Source: Polyangiales bacterium (GTDB lineage Bacteria > Myxococcota_A > Polyangia > Polyangiales > Ga0077539). From it: a stretch of DNA of 64,000 bases. Within the stretch, counting starts at the first letter, position 1. Every line of letters starts with the position of its first letter. The notes under the pieces were generated by a model, which was not told the origin of the DNA, made no database searches, and was given only the letters and a program-made list of their open reading frames with translations. The stretch spans positions 64,001 through 128,000 of the forward strand of contig JBGARZ010000025.1 of NCBI GenBank assembly GCA_044229975.1, given 5' to 3'. This document shows, one piece after another, positions 46,685-56,594 of this stretch. The translations under genes and the position numbers were made by a program.

Positions 46685-47629
46685 CTACGGCGCGACCATC
46701 GGGCAGTTGACGGTGACGGGCAGAGGACCGGCCACGTTGGCGAGCGCCGTGTTCCAGTCGCGCACTCCGCCGAAGCCCGCGAGGTTGCCCCGCTGATGCG
46801 ACCACAGCGACGAGTACCCGGGTTGTCCCGGCAGCACCTGCACCACGTTGTGGGTCATGCCGTCGGCCTCGGTCTCAAAGCCCATGGAGGGGTCCGTGTC
46901 GTTGCGGAAGATCACGATGATGCCCGCGCTCGGGACGCGCCCATTGGCGGTCACCTGGAGGTTGGTCTCGAACTGCATCAGCGGCGCGATCATGCCGCGC
47001 ACCCAGCCCCGGAACCCGGTGACCACGTTGCCCTGAAACCGCAGGGTCGCCGTCGAGCCCGCGGGCACCACCGCCCAGTCGACGATGCGCGTGGTGAGCG
47101 TTGCGGTGGCGTCGCCCTCGGCCACAGCGGCCAGTACGTCGGCTTCGCTCGTGAGCGAGTTGACGTTGTAGCCCTCGTGCGTGCGCACCTCGGTGATGCG
47201 CATGAAGTCGTTGTACCCGGTGTCACCCGGGACGCCCGTGAGCACCGGGAGCTGCCCCGGGATGGCTTGTCCGTTGGCGTCGAGGATCATGTACGCGCGG
47301 CCGGGCACCACCGGGACGATGTCGAGCGAGTAGTACAGGACGCGCTCGCCGCCTGGTCCGAACGAGCGCACGCCGAAGAGCTGATCGAAGTGGATGGGCG
47401 CGTTGGGCGCGGGCACGACCGGTCGCACGTTGGCCGTGTCAAACGCGGGCGCGCTGCGCTTGAAGAGCGTCGCGAAGCTGTCCTGGAAGCGGTCGACGGA
47501 CACGATCGCCGCGGTGTCGGGGTTGACCGTCGCGCGGTCGGACGTGGTTCCACAGTGCGCGAGGAAGACCGAGAAGCCTGCGAGGCAGAGGGCGTGGCGC
47601 GGCGATCGAAGCGTGGGCGTGGCACACAT
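46685..47629 (-). CDS. Hypothetical lipoprotein with internal repeat
   Basis: Lipobox-like LAHC; paired motifs VPGDTGYNDF / LPGQPGYSSLW; ends VNCP. Confidence 0.7.
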   Translation of the reverse strand: MCATPTLRSPRHALCLAGFSVFLAHCGTTSDRATVNPDTAAIVSVDRFQDSFATLFKRSAPAFDTANVRPVVPAPNAPIHFDQLFGVRSFGPGGERVLYYSLDIVPVVPGRAYMILDANGQAIPGQLPVLTGVPGDTGYNDFMRITEVRTHEGYNVNSLTSEADVLAAVAEGDATATLTTRIVDWAVVPAGSTATLRFQGNVVTGFRGWVRGMIAPLMQFETNLQVTANGRVPSAGIIVIFRNDTDPSMGFETEADGMTHNVVQVLPGQPGYSSLWSHQRGNLAGFGGVRDWNTALANVAGPLPVTVNCPMVAP

Positions 47630-47726
47630 CGGAGAGGGGACACCTTCGGTGTTCGCGGGGCTCTCCAATGAGCGTCGCGTGCCGACGTCTACGAGCGCGC
47701 GCGCTGACGGTTACAGCGTGTGTGGC

Positions 47727-48150
47727 GGTTGGGGTCGCGGCCGATGCCCTGCTCGCTCACCCACATCGGCAGGCGCGCCCCGCGGTGATCGACCGCGTTG
47801 TCCTGCTCGTCGACGCCCAGGAGGTGCGACTTGGCCTCGCAGCGGAAGGGCACCCCCGGGCTCGCACGGGGCAGGCATCCCTTACAGCGATGCACGCGGC
47901 TCGACCTCATCAGGAGACACGCGGCGCGCCCGCAGCGAGGAGGTGTCGTCGGTCCCGCGGGCTTCGAGCACGATGACGTCACCGTCCATCGTGAGGCGGG
48001 TGATGGTTGCGGGCTGCCGCGTGGCGACGTCGCGGTGGGCGAAGGTTCACTGACCGCAGGCGCTTTGCACGGTCTCGTCGTAGGTGCTCGCGAACACCAG
48101 CGGTCGGTCGGCGCAGAGCAGCACGCCCAGCTACCGCAAGCTCGACGCCG
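47727..48150 (-). pseudogene. Degenerate glycoside hydrolase GH31 (YihQ-like) fragment
   Basis: HLLGVDEQ..VDHRG..LPMWVSEQGIGR resembles the GH31 N-terminal motif; surrounded by stops and frameshifts. Confidence 0.45.
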
Positions 48151-48300
48151 CCACCCGCGGTCGGACCCGCAGCGCTCCGACTGTGTCGTCGGCAGGTGAT
48201 GGCCGACCACCGCAGGTTTTGGGAGACCCGATGTGAGACTCTTGTCACGATGACAGCGTTCGGAGCTTCGTCAGGATCTGCTCCCTTACTTCGCGCGTCG

Positions 48301-48705
48301 ATGCCCCTCGCGCTGCTGTTGGGCACGGCTTGCTCGTACACCGTCGGCGCTGCATCGGTCCGTCGGGACGCGGTCGTGATGGACGAGCCAACGCTGGCGA
48401 CACCCATGACCGAGGCAGGAAGCCGCTCACTTGACGCGACGCCGGTCGATCTGCCAACGACGAGCGCGCTGGACGCAGCACTCGCGGACGCGGGCCTGCT
48501 CGATAGCCCGGACATCCTTCTGCCCGTAGACCCGTTCATCGGCGACTGCATCTCCGACGTCCCCTACGGCGTCTACTTCCCCGACGGCGGCCTCGCTGGA
48601 GCGCGACCCGCGCGCTGTTCAGAGCTTCGCGGGATGATCTGCTGTCGCTTCGAGAACCTGATCTACGAACGGGACGAGGACCGAATCGACCACGGTCGGG
48701 TCTGA
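48301..48705 (+). CDS. Hypothetical lipoprotein
   Basis: Lipobox GTAC; DA-rich linker; 4-Cys C-terminus. Confidence 0.45.
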   Translation: MPLALLLGTACSYTVGAASVRRDAVVMDEPTLATPMTEAGSRSLDATPVDLPTTSALDAALADAGLLDSPDILLPVDPFIGDCISDVPYGVYFPDGGLAGARPARCSELRGMICCRFENLIYERDEDRIDHGRV

Positions 48706-49009
48706 GGGCGCGCGACCCTATCCCCACAGCTCTCGGTGCCGGGTCTCCGGCCTTTCGCCCTCCGCCTCGCCGACACCCTTCGCCGACGACTGCCTCACTG
48801 GACTCATCACCGGCTATGGCGATGAGTGGCGCGCCCGTCGCCCGCTGCTCTGCTCCGATCTGCCAGGCCGGGTCTGCTGTCAGGAGTCAGAGATCATCGA
48901 GCCCATCCGGTCGGGCCCCGGTGCTGTCGTCGATGACGGCCGATCGTGCGTCCCACGGGGCGATTGTCACTCGACTGGCCGCGATCGGTAGCGACCGAAT
49001 GGCACGCGC

Positions 49010-50680
49010 TCAGCGGCTGGTGCGGACATCGACGACGACGTACCGCAGGCGCACGTCCGAGTTGTCGGTCGATGGGAAGCCACTGGCGGCGACGTGCAGG
49101 TGGTCGCCGCGGCCCTGGAGAGTAAATCCCTGGATGTCGGCGTGGACCGAGATCGGCAGGCGGTACCGCACGGCGTGGGCGCCGGTGCGCGGATCGACCT
49201 CCTCGATGACCGCCTCGGCGCCATCGCGCGCCGAGACGAGCGAGAGGTCGCAGCTACAGAACTCGCGACCGCACCGCGGGGTGACCGCGAACTCCCGATC
49301 GGTGTGCAGGCGCAGGTAGCCGAGCCAGACCCGGCCGTCCCGAGTCTGCGCCAACGCGTGGTGGGAGACGGCCGGTCCGACGCCCTGCGCGTGACAGGTG
49401 GCACCCTCGCGACAGCCGGTCGGCGGCATGAAGCCAGTACTCGTCATGGATGGGCAATCGCTGTGCGTGACGCTCTCTCCTGCCGAGATGGGCACGTCTC
49501 GCAGGCCACTCGGCCCGGCCAAGAAGAGATGCAACTCGGACTCGGACAGGGCGAGGGTGACGAGCGGTGCGCCCGGCGCTCCGTGATCCGACGGGACGAT
49601 CATCGTACCGCCGCCTGCGGGACCCGACGGGAGGCGAGTGAGTACGACCGGAGGAGAGCCCACGCGCTGGTAGGCGTAGTCGTCGCCTCCGAGGCGTTCG
49701 AGGCGTCGCAGGATGTACGGCTCTCCGGCCAGGTCGGTCGCCAGCGACGCGCCGATCGTTCCCGGTACGGCCGATCGGCTCCAGCTACCGTCGGGCGAGC
49801 GCGTCGCGAGGGTGAAGGTCAGGTCGGTGGCGACGTGAGAGAGCACTCGGACCTGGCCGAGCGGGTCGATGATCGCGTCGTCGAAGTAGGGCCTTGGCGT
49901 GCCACCAGGTGTGACGTCCTCGGCCGACCAGGCGCCATCCCTGCGCGTGAAATGCGCGAGGTTGAGTCCGGGACCGAGCTCGCTGACGAGGTGAACCGAA
50001 CCGTCCGGTCCGCAGAGAACGGCGGACAGCCGCGACGGTCCCATGAGGAGCTGGGTGTTCGCGACGAAGGGATCCGCGGCGACGCTGCTGCCTCCGCCCG
50101 GATCGAAGGTCACGAGCTGTTTGTGATCCCCATAGCCGCTGTTGGAGAGCAGCGCGTAGCCGCGCCCGTCGTCGGCGGCCGCTGCGGTGAACCCCCAGGA
50201 GTATTCGTTGCAGCGCACCTCCCAGGCCGCGGCGGTCGGGCATGCCCCGCACCCGCAGGACAGGGCCTCTGGCGAGAGCGGCGCGACCACACAGGTGCCT
50301 GCGGGCGGACGCGCGACGTCGGGCGGCGCCATCGTCGCAGAACAGTCGGCGGGCGTTGTCCCGCCATCCACGCCGGCATCCGTGTGTGTCACGGGCGCGA
50401 CGTGCACCGCGTCGATCACCGCCCCGTCGGAGCCCTCGATCGTCGCGTCCGAGGCCACGTCGAGATCCCGGGCGCCCCGGTCATCTGGCGTCGTCACGTC
50501 GGGGACCACGACATCGACGATGGCAACCTCCACGAGCGCAGGTCCGTCTACGAGACCGACGTCCGCGATCGTGGGCTCACGGTCGCTCGTGGTCAGCGTC
50601 CCGGCGTCGTTCCGTGCCGCGACCCCTTGAACGCAGCCCATCTGCGCGACCCACCAGAGCGCCCAGGTCCATCGCTTCAT
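49010..50680 (-). CDS. Large hypothetical lipoprotein, probable beta-propeller
   Basis: QMGC signal; DAG linker; repeated beta motifs (PDGSVHL, DGAWS, DGSWS). Confidence 0.7.
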   Translation of the reverse strand: MKRWTWALWWVAQMGCVQGVAARNDAGTLTTSDREPTIADVGLVDGPALVEVAIVDVVVPDVTTPDDRGARDLDVASDATIEGSDGAVIDAVHVAPVTHTDAGVDGGTTPADCSATMAPPDVARPPAGTCVVAPLSPEALSCGCGACPTAAAWEVRCNEYSWGFTAAAADDGRGYALLSNSGYGDHKQLVTFDPGGGSSVAADPFVANTQLLMGPSRLSAVLCGPDGSVHLVSELGPGLNLAHFTRRDGAWSAEDVTPGGTPRPYFDDAIIDPLGQVRVLSHVATDLTFTLATRSPDGSWSRSAVPGTIGASLATDLAGEPYILRRLERLGGDDYAYQRVGSPPVVLTRLPSGPAGGGTMIVPSDHGAPGAPLVTLALSESELHLFLAGPSGLRDVPISAGESVTHSDCPSMTSTGFMPPTGCREGATCHAQGVGPAVSHHALAQTRDGRVWLGYLRLHTDREFAVTPRCGREFCSCDLSLVSARDGAEAVIEEVDPRTGAHAVRYRLPISVHADIQGFTLQGRGDHLHVAASGFPSTDNSDVRLRYVVVDVRTSR

Positions 50681-50789
50681 GTAGCGCACGCCTCAGCCTC
50701 CGCCTCTGCGGATACGGTCGCGCCGTCGGCGTGCCGTCGCAAGGGGCGCCGGGCGCACAACGGTGCAACTGCGCTGCCGTCCCTCGGCG

Positions 50790-51764
50790 TCATCGTCGCC
50801 GCATCGCCGCGATCGCGGCTTCGAGTGCGCGGATGCGACGGTCCTGAGCCTGCACGGTGGCCACCAGCATGCTGGTGTAGCCGTAGAGATCGACCGCGCT
50901 CCGGTCCGGCTCCCGCGCGTAGCTAGCTGCGGGCTGGTCTTCGATGATGAAGCCCAGGCGTCGGCGGCCCGCCAGGAGCGGCTCGGTGTACTCGTAGGTC
51001 GCGAGCCGTGTCGCCAGCACCTCGCGGGACAGGCGCTCGGCCTCCGGCGCGGTGAGGTAGGCGATGTCGCGCTTCGCCGCGCGGGTCGAGCGCGGGCAGC
51101 CGGCGGGCGAGTCGGCTGGGGTCCACAGCCCACCGACGCACCGACGCGCGCGGGCCGGCTCGCATCCGTAGTCGCAAGAGAGTCCCTCGGTTGCGCACAC
51201 CGTCCCAGCGCGTGGACGCGCGGCCGGGCAGGGAGTCGCCGTACTGGGGGCGGCGCAGTGCCAGGTGCGCGGGCCGTCACAGCGCCCGATCGGGTAGCGG
51301 ATGCAGTTGGTGCATTCGCACGCCAGGCCCGCGTAGGCGCAGAACGCCCCTTCGACACTGCACGCTTGACCATCGGCCGCTTCGCGCGACGTGGGACAGG
51401 CCGCGGTGGGCAGCGGGTCGCAGGTCGCCGTCGCGATCGACCAGCGCGACCCCGAGCAGGTCGCGAAGGTGCGGCACTGCACCCGAGGGTCGTCGCCGAA
51501 CTCGGACACCACGCCCTCCCGCGCGCAGCCGCTGCCTTCGCTCGGCACCGACGATGGACACGCGGGGATCACTCCCGCATCTGGGAGGCCGCCCCGATCC
51601 GTTGGCACTCCGAGGTCGGCGATGCCGCTGTCGGTCGTAGCAACGTCTACTGCGGCGCCCGCGTCGGCAGGTGCGGAGGTGTTGGACGTCGTCCCTACGC
51701 AGCCCGCTGCCCAGCCGCTCACGGCCAGCATCCACCCGAGATGAAGAGACGCCGCGATCCTCAT
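50790..51764 (-). CDS. Cys-rich lipoprotein with C-terminal peptidase S74 / intramolecular chaperone domain
   Basis: Lipobox AAGC; three CP..P..G..C..EG..C.Y repeats; STRAAKRDI, LGFIIED, VDLY, terminal coiled coil. Confidence 0.78.
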   Translation of the reverse strand: MRIAASLHLGWMLAVSGWAAGCVGTTSNTSAPADAGAAVDVATTDSGIADLGVPTDRGGLPDAGVIPACPSSVPSEGSGCAREGVVSEFGDDPRVQCRTFATCSGSRWSIATATCDPLPTAACPTSREAADGQACSVEGAFCAYAGLACECTNCIRYPIGRCDGPRTWHCAAPSTATPCPAARPRAGTVCATEGLSCDYGCEPARARRCVGGLWTPADSPAGCPRSTRAAKRDIAYLTAPEAERLSREVLATRLATYEYTEPLLAGRRRLGFIIEDQPAASYAREPDRSAVDLYGYTSMLVATVQAQDRRIRALEAAIAAMRRR

Positions 51765-51863
51765 GGCTCCGATCCTCCTTGCGAGCCGGGCGACCGTCGC
51801 CCGCGGTCGTCATGTTCCGGTGCGACGTTCGAACGGTTCGGCCCTCCCGGTCGGGCCGCAACG

Positions 51864-52958
51864 CTATGGGCGACGGAAGGTCGTGCAGGTTCCGCTGCGG
51901 CACTCCACCGGGATCGTGGTTGACGGGTCGGCGCTTGCGCCGTCGTCCGTCCTTGGCGGCCCGGCGGGGCAACCGCAGCCGGGATACATCGGTCTGCACA
52001 CCGCTTCGGCGCGGTCGAAAGCCTCGCGCTGACCGGCGTTGATGCCCATCGCGCGCGAGTTGCCGCAGCAGTCGGTCTGGTGGACAGCTACCGCGCAGTC
52101 AGTCGCCGCGCCGCAGCTCCGGTCGAAGGCGGGGAACGATCCTCCGCTGGCCGGGCCGCACACGATCTCCGCGCCAGCGTCCACGCAGACCAGGCGCCCG
52201 CAGCTCGGCGGCTCGCAGGTGATCGGCCCTTCGTAGCGGCATCCTGGCGGCGGGGCGGCGCAGTCGATCACGCAGGGCTCGGCGTCCGGTGCGCCGGCGT
52301 CGGATGCGCCAAGGTCGGTCGCGCCCGCGTCGGTCGCGCCCGCGTCGGGCGGGCACGCGAGGCGGGTGCAGACCGCGCGTCCGCTCGCCTCGCACGAACA
52401 GGTGTTGCAGCCGTCGCCCGCCGGGCAGCTTGCGCCGATCGCGCAGGTGCGTCCGTCGCGCAGGACACAGGTCATTCCGGCATCGATCGCGCACGCGCGC
52501 TCGGTGCATGCCAGCAGGCGTCCCGCCGAGCATGTGCAGGTGTTGCAGCCGTCGGGCGCCGGGCACGCCGCGCCCTCCGCGCACGTTCCTCCGTCGGGCA
52601 GCGCGCACGCCGCGCCAGCGTCTGGCGTGGCTGGACAGTCGCGCAGGTACCACCCGCAGGCGTCGCCCGCGCGCACGCCGCAGGTCGGGCCCCCGACAGA
52701 GCCGTCGGCGCAGCGGATGTTCGGGGCGCCGAATGGGTTGGGCCCGCACGTCGCGGCGTCACACATCGCGGCGTCTCGCGAGACGACGACGTCGGCGGGA
52801 AGGCCCATGGCATCTCGCCGTACGCCTCCATCGACGGCGCCTGCGTCGCCCGCGGTGGTGACGACGCCGCCGCACCCGACACTCGCTCCGAGCGAGGGGA
52901 ATCCCAGCGCCAGCGCCGCCGCGTAGACCAACGAGAATGGACGCCCGCGCTGTGGCAT
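51864..52958 (-). CDS. Cys-rich lipoprotein with two pacifastin-like repeats
   Basis: SVGC lipobox; DGCNTCTC..G....CTERAC and DGCNTCSC...G...CTRLAC. Confidence 0.7.
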   Translation of the reverse strand: MPQRGRPFSLVYAAALALGFPSLGASVGCGGVVTTAGDAGAVDGGVRRDAMGLPADVVVSRDAAMCDAATCGPNPFGAPNIRCADGSVGGPTCGVRAGDACGWYLRDCPATPDAGAACALPDGGTCAEGAACPAPDGCNTCTCSAGRLLACTERACAIDAGMTCVLRDGRTCAIGASCPAGDGCNTCSCEASGRAVCTRLACPPDAGATDAGATDLGASDAGAPDAEPCVIDCAAPPPGCRYEGPITCEPPSCGRLVCVDAGAEIVCGPASGGSFPAFDRSCGAATDCAVAVHQTDCCGNSRAMGINAGQREAFDRAEAVCRPMYPGCGCPAGPPRTDDGASADPSTTIPVECRSGTCTTFRRP

Positions 52959-53167
52959 TGGAACCGTCGCTCCCTTCGTGCGAGGAGCGTAGAGCGCGAT
53001 GGCGCGGTTCCGCCACTGGATGCGGACCGAGGGCTGTCGCCGCGTAGGTCGGCGGCGCGCGTGGACCGCGAGGTCCAGGAGGCGCAGAGTCTCTCTGGTC
53101 GTCGGGCGCTGTTCGGCGCTGTCGTCGAGGAAACCTCCCGTCACGGTCGAGAGCTCATGGGGTCGCG

Positions 53168-53950
53168 ATGAGATCGCATTCGCTCTGGATCGCGTGCGGA
53201 GTTCCGTTGCTCCTGTCGTCGTGCGAGGGATCGAGCGTCACTGTGACCACGGGCGTGGACGTGCCGATGGACGTGGGTGCCGTAGACACCTTCGTGGGCG
53301 ACCGCGAGGACGCCGCTGGCGCGACGCTGGACGCCGCGACGGATGGCGGTCTCGACGCGGACATTGGTGATGCTCGTGGTCTTGACGCGGATGCCTGGGA
53401 CGGGTCGTTCCCCGCGGACCTTGGAGCCGGCGTCGAGGAAGTCGGCACGGACCTCGGGCTCGCCGACGTGGACCACGGCGAAGGAGGTTGCGGCGACGGT
53501 CGGATGCGCTGCGGCGAGACGTGCGTGGATCTACACAGCGATTCCGCGCATTGCGGCGCGTGCGAAACGCGCTGCTGTCCGGGTCTCGTCTGTTCGTACG
53601 GCGAGTGCCAGAGCGCCTGCGGCGCCGGACTCTCCGTCTGTGGCTCCGATCCCACCTGCCGCGGCGGTGCCTGTCGCGATCTCCGCACCGACTACGCCAA
53701 CTGCGGCGCCTGTGGCCACGCCTGTTGCGCGGGCACGGTGTGTTCGGGAGGTCGCTGCTTCTTCTCTTGCCCAGTTGGCCTGACCACCTGCGGGGAGGCA
53801 TGCGAGGGCGGCGGATGTTTCGGTCTTGGGAGCAACCCCACCCATTGCGGCGCCTGCGGGAACGCTTGTCGTGCCGGAACGCACTGCGTCGTCGGCACCT
53901 GCACGCCGACGACCCTCGATGCGGGTGGCGGCGATGTGGGGGACGGGTGA
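53168..53950 (+). CDS. Cys-rich lipoprotein with Stig1-like D..[HN]CGAC repeats
   Basis: Lipobox LSSC; three C.DL..D..xCGAC...C repeats. Confidence 0.75.
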   Translation: MRSHSLWIACGVPLLLSSCEGSSVTVTTGVDVPMDVGAVDTFVGDREDAAGATLDAATDGGLDADIGDARGLDADAWDGSFPADLGAGVEEVGTDLGLADVDHGEGGCGDGRMRCGETCVDLHSDSAHCGACETRCCPGLVCSYGECQSACGAGLSVCGSDPTCRGGACRDLRTDYANCGACGHACCAGTVCSGGRCFFSCPVGLTTCGEACEGGGCFGLGSNPTHCGACGNACRAGTHCVVGTCTPTTLDAGGGDVGDG

Positions 53951-54209
53951 GCGTTCGCCCGCGGCCGTCACATGATCGGGCGCGGTCGGCAGCGGCTATC
54001 GCGCGGCTGCGCGTCTGCGGATCCACGTCGAAGCCTTCCGGCGCGCCCGCATCTTTGAGGTACGCGAGCGCCTCACCGACGCAGTCTCCGTCTTCGTCGC
54101 GCTCGACGATCAAGGCGCCGAGCGTTCTGTCCCGCCGATGCGATCAGACTCAGGTTTGGCCCTTGATGGTCGCTGATTGGACGGCTTGAGGTGCAAGAGC
54201 TCCTGACCA

Positions 54210-54720
54210 ATGGTGGCGTGTGCCACACGACCCCCACCGATCGGAGGCCCCGTACCCACGCATTGGGCTCGCACCTTCCAGCGCGCTTCGGAAGTGTTCC
54301 GGCACGCGTTCGCGGCGCCGACCTTCGCGCGCTCGCTCCTGCTGATGGCGGCATGGATGCTGTGCACCGAGCATCCCGCGCTCACCGAGTGTCTCGTCGT
54401 CAGCGGCGCGGCTGGCATGTGGGAGCACTCGGCCTTCCACCGCGTCTTCTCCCGACGGCGGTGGGATCTCGACGTTCTCGCCCGGCTCTGGCTCGCGGCG
54501 CTCAGCGAGCGCCTCACCGCGGGCGAACTGTGGTTGCGGTTCATGATCGACGACACGTTCGGCACCCGCAGGGCCTCGCGGCCCACGGCCTCGGCACACA
54601 CCTCGATGCGGTGGGCCCCACCCGCACGCGCAAGACCTTCACCTTCGGCCACGTCTGGAGGACCTGCGATCTCGCCGTCACGGTGCCCTTCTCGACTACG
54701 CCGTTCACCGCCCGTCGCCT
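54210..54720 (+). pseudogene. Degenerate IS701-like transposase remnant
   Basis: FHRVFSRRRW..IDDT, then frameshift to HGLGTHLD..FGHVW; truncated. Confidence 0.65.
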
Positions 54721-55337
54721 TCGACCGCCCTCGCGTCTTTCGCACCGGCGTCCTGGCCAAGCGGATGAAGGCCTCCAAGGGCGACACCCTCACGCGCATT
54801 CTCGACGACAGCGCGGCCATGGTCCGCTCGCTCGTGATGCGCGGGCACCCGATGGTGACGCCGACCCACGCCGACCCGCGTCGGCTCTACCGGAGCCATG
54901 ACGGGGTGTTCCCGACGCAGTGGGTGCTCTCGCTGGCACGGATGCCGAGGGTGCTCGCGGCGATGGTCGGCCGCGTTCCCGACGCCGGATGCCGCGCTTC
55001 CTCGACGAGCGCGCTTAGGCTCGGGACGTGGCGGAGCGCGTGACGTACGACGGGTTCACCCCCGCGAACTCCCGTTGAGGTCGGGACGCGACTATGATCG
55101 TCTCGGACGCGCTCGACCTGATGGGCCACCAACGCTCACACTTCTCTCCGTGGCGTTTCGCCGAGCTCCCGCGATCAATGAACACTCCGACAGCGACCCC
55201 CAATTCGCGATTGGCGCGGGCCGAGTGAACCGCTCCGACGGATCGTGGCGCCGACCTGCCCTGCGCCCATTCTCGCTCGACGCCCTAGCGGTTGTTCGAC
55301 GCATGGCCCACGACGCAGCAGAGCACCGGGACGGACC

Positions 55338-56048
55338 GTGACGCTGGGCAAGCGAAGAGGTGAGGCCACGGCCGCCGAGTACCCGGTTTCTGCGCGGACA
55401 GCGTTGCCGTTCACCGTTGATCGACCGGAGACGACGGCGGAGCGGCACGCGCGGGAACTGCAACTACAGGTTTCGACGGAGGCTCGGCGCCGCTTCGCCG
55501 CCTACCTCCGGGAAAACCTTGCGATGGTCATCGCGGAGGCTGCCGTTCCCCCGGAGGAGTTCCGGGACCATCAGGAGCTCCCTGCTCTGGGCCTTACGTA
55601 TGCGGTCGACGGCCGAACCGCGGTCGACGATGCGTTCATGGACAACCTCCGTGAGTTTCGTTCGTCGGCTGGAAACGAGCCTCAGATCGAGGCCGGCGTG
55701 ATCTCGCCGGAGATCTTTCTCGCGTACGCGCCGACCGCCATCCTCGACGTTGCCGCGGACCTGATCGAGGGGGAGGGGTTGTCGGCGCGGGCAGGCAACA
55801 CGCTGTCGGCTATTGGAAATCTCGTGTCCGTCGCGGTCCGCCGCGCCTTGCTTCGCGAGTCCCTCCATCGGAACCGCTGGAACCTGACCGCGGTGGGAGT
55901 GGAGTTCGGCCTGGGCGCCAGCGGAAACGTCCTGCGGACGCTCAGGGACCTTGGTCTTGAGGACGAACTGGATGCCGCACGTCGCGATGGGTCCGTCAAG
56001 AGAGGTCGGCCCCGAAAAGAACCTCTTGCTGACGATTCCGAAAAATAG
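55338..56048 (+). CDS. Hypothetical DNA-binding protein (Fis-like HTH plus AT-hook)
   Basis: LLRESLHRNRWNLTAVG..FG; C-terminal KRGRPRK; start uncertain. Confidence 0.6.
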   Translation: MTLGKRRGEATAAEYPVSARTALPFTVDRPETTAERHARELQLQVSTEARRRFAAYLRENLAMVIAEAAVPPEEFRDHQELPALGLTYAVDGRTAVDDAFMDNLREFRSSAGNEPQIEAGVISPEIFLAYAPTAILDVAADLIEGEGLSARAGNTLSAIGNLVSVAVRRALLRESLHRNRWNLTAVGVEFGLGASGNVLRTLRDLGLEDELDAARRDGSVKRGRPRKEPLADDSEK

Positions 56049-56253
56049 ATCGGATCTGAGCCTTCGGGTTTGATCCAATATAGTTCGTGCGCTAGGTCTT
56101 GCCCCGAAGGTGAGGCCTCATGTCGAACACAGGCATTTGTCATCCGAACCAGCAGGTTGAGCGCGGCGGAGGTCTCCGTCGGCCCGCCAAATCGTGTCCG
56201 GACCGTGAGGACAGCATCTCGCGCGCGGGACTGCATCTCGCCGGTGGTCTGCG

Positions 56254-56592
56254 GTGAACCGTCACGACAGCGCGGCCATTTCCATCGCACCGCAGCAGCC
56301 GGACCACCGTTCGCACCCCGTGCGCGACGTTCTCGATGGCCCCATCGCTGACCTGGGCGTGGTCACGATGGCGGCCCTGGCCCCCCTCCTGGGCAAGGAC
56401 ACCGCTCGTGCGGTGCGGGACTGGTGCCAGCGACATGCGATCCCGTACCGACGCGACGGAAAGCACAACTGGGTAGCGGTCGCCGACTTCCGCGCGGCGG
56501 TCGCCCGCCTTCCGCTGCGGTCTGAAGCGATCGGCCGCGAGCGGGAGCGCGCTGGTGCCGACGCGGTGGCTCGCCTGATCGGGCGGCGGTAG
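56254..56592 (+). CDS. Excisionase-like small HTH protein
   Basis: LAPLLG...RAVRDWC....IPYRRDG; 2 nt before the integrase start. Confidence 0.6.
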   Translation: MNRHDSAAISIAPQQPDHRSHPVRDVLDGPIADLGVVTMAALAPLLGKDTARAVRDWCQRHAIPYRRDGKHNWVAVADFRAAVARLPLRSEAIGRERERAGADAVARLIGRR

Positions 56593-56594
56593 CG

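Noticed and set aside
2500..50926. Many long ORFs antisense or frame-shifted to real genes (e.g. 2500-4248, 16291-18171, 33192-35912, 41090-43039, 49094-50926)
   Set aside because: Arg/Gly/Ala-rich shadow frames typical of high-GC DNA, overlapping well-supported genes and lacking motifs (only the 3' end of 41090-43039, from 42767, is kept as a small CDS).
54720..55043. Continuation of the ORF after the IS701-like remnant
   Set aside because: No transposase motifs; appears to be unrelated decayed sequence.
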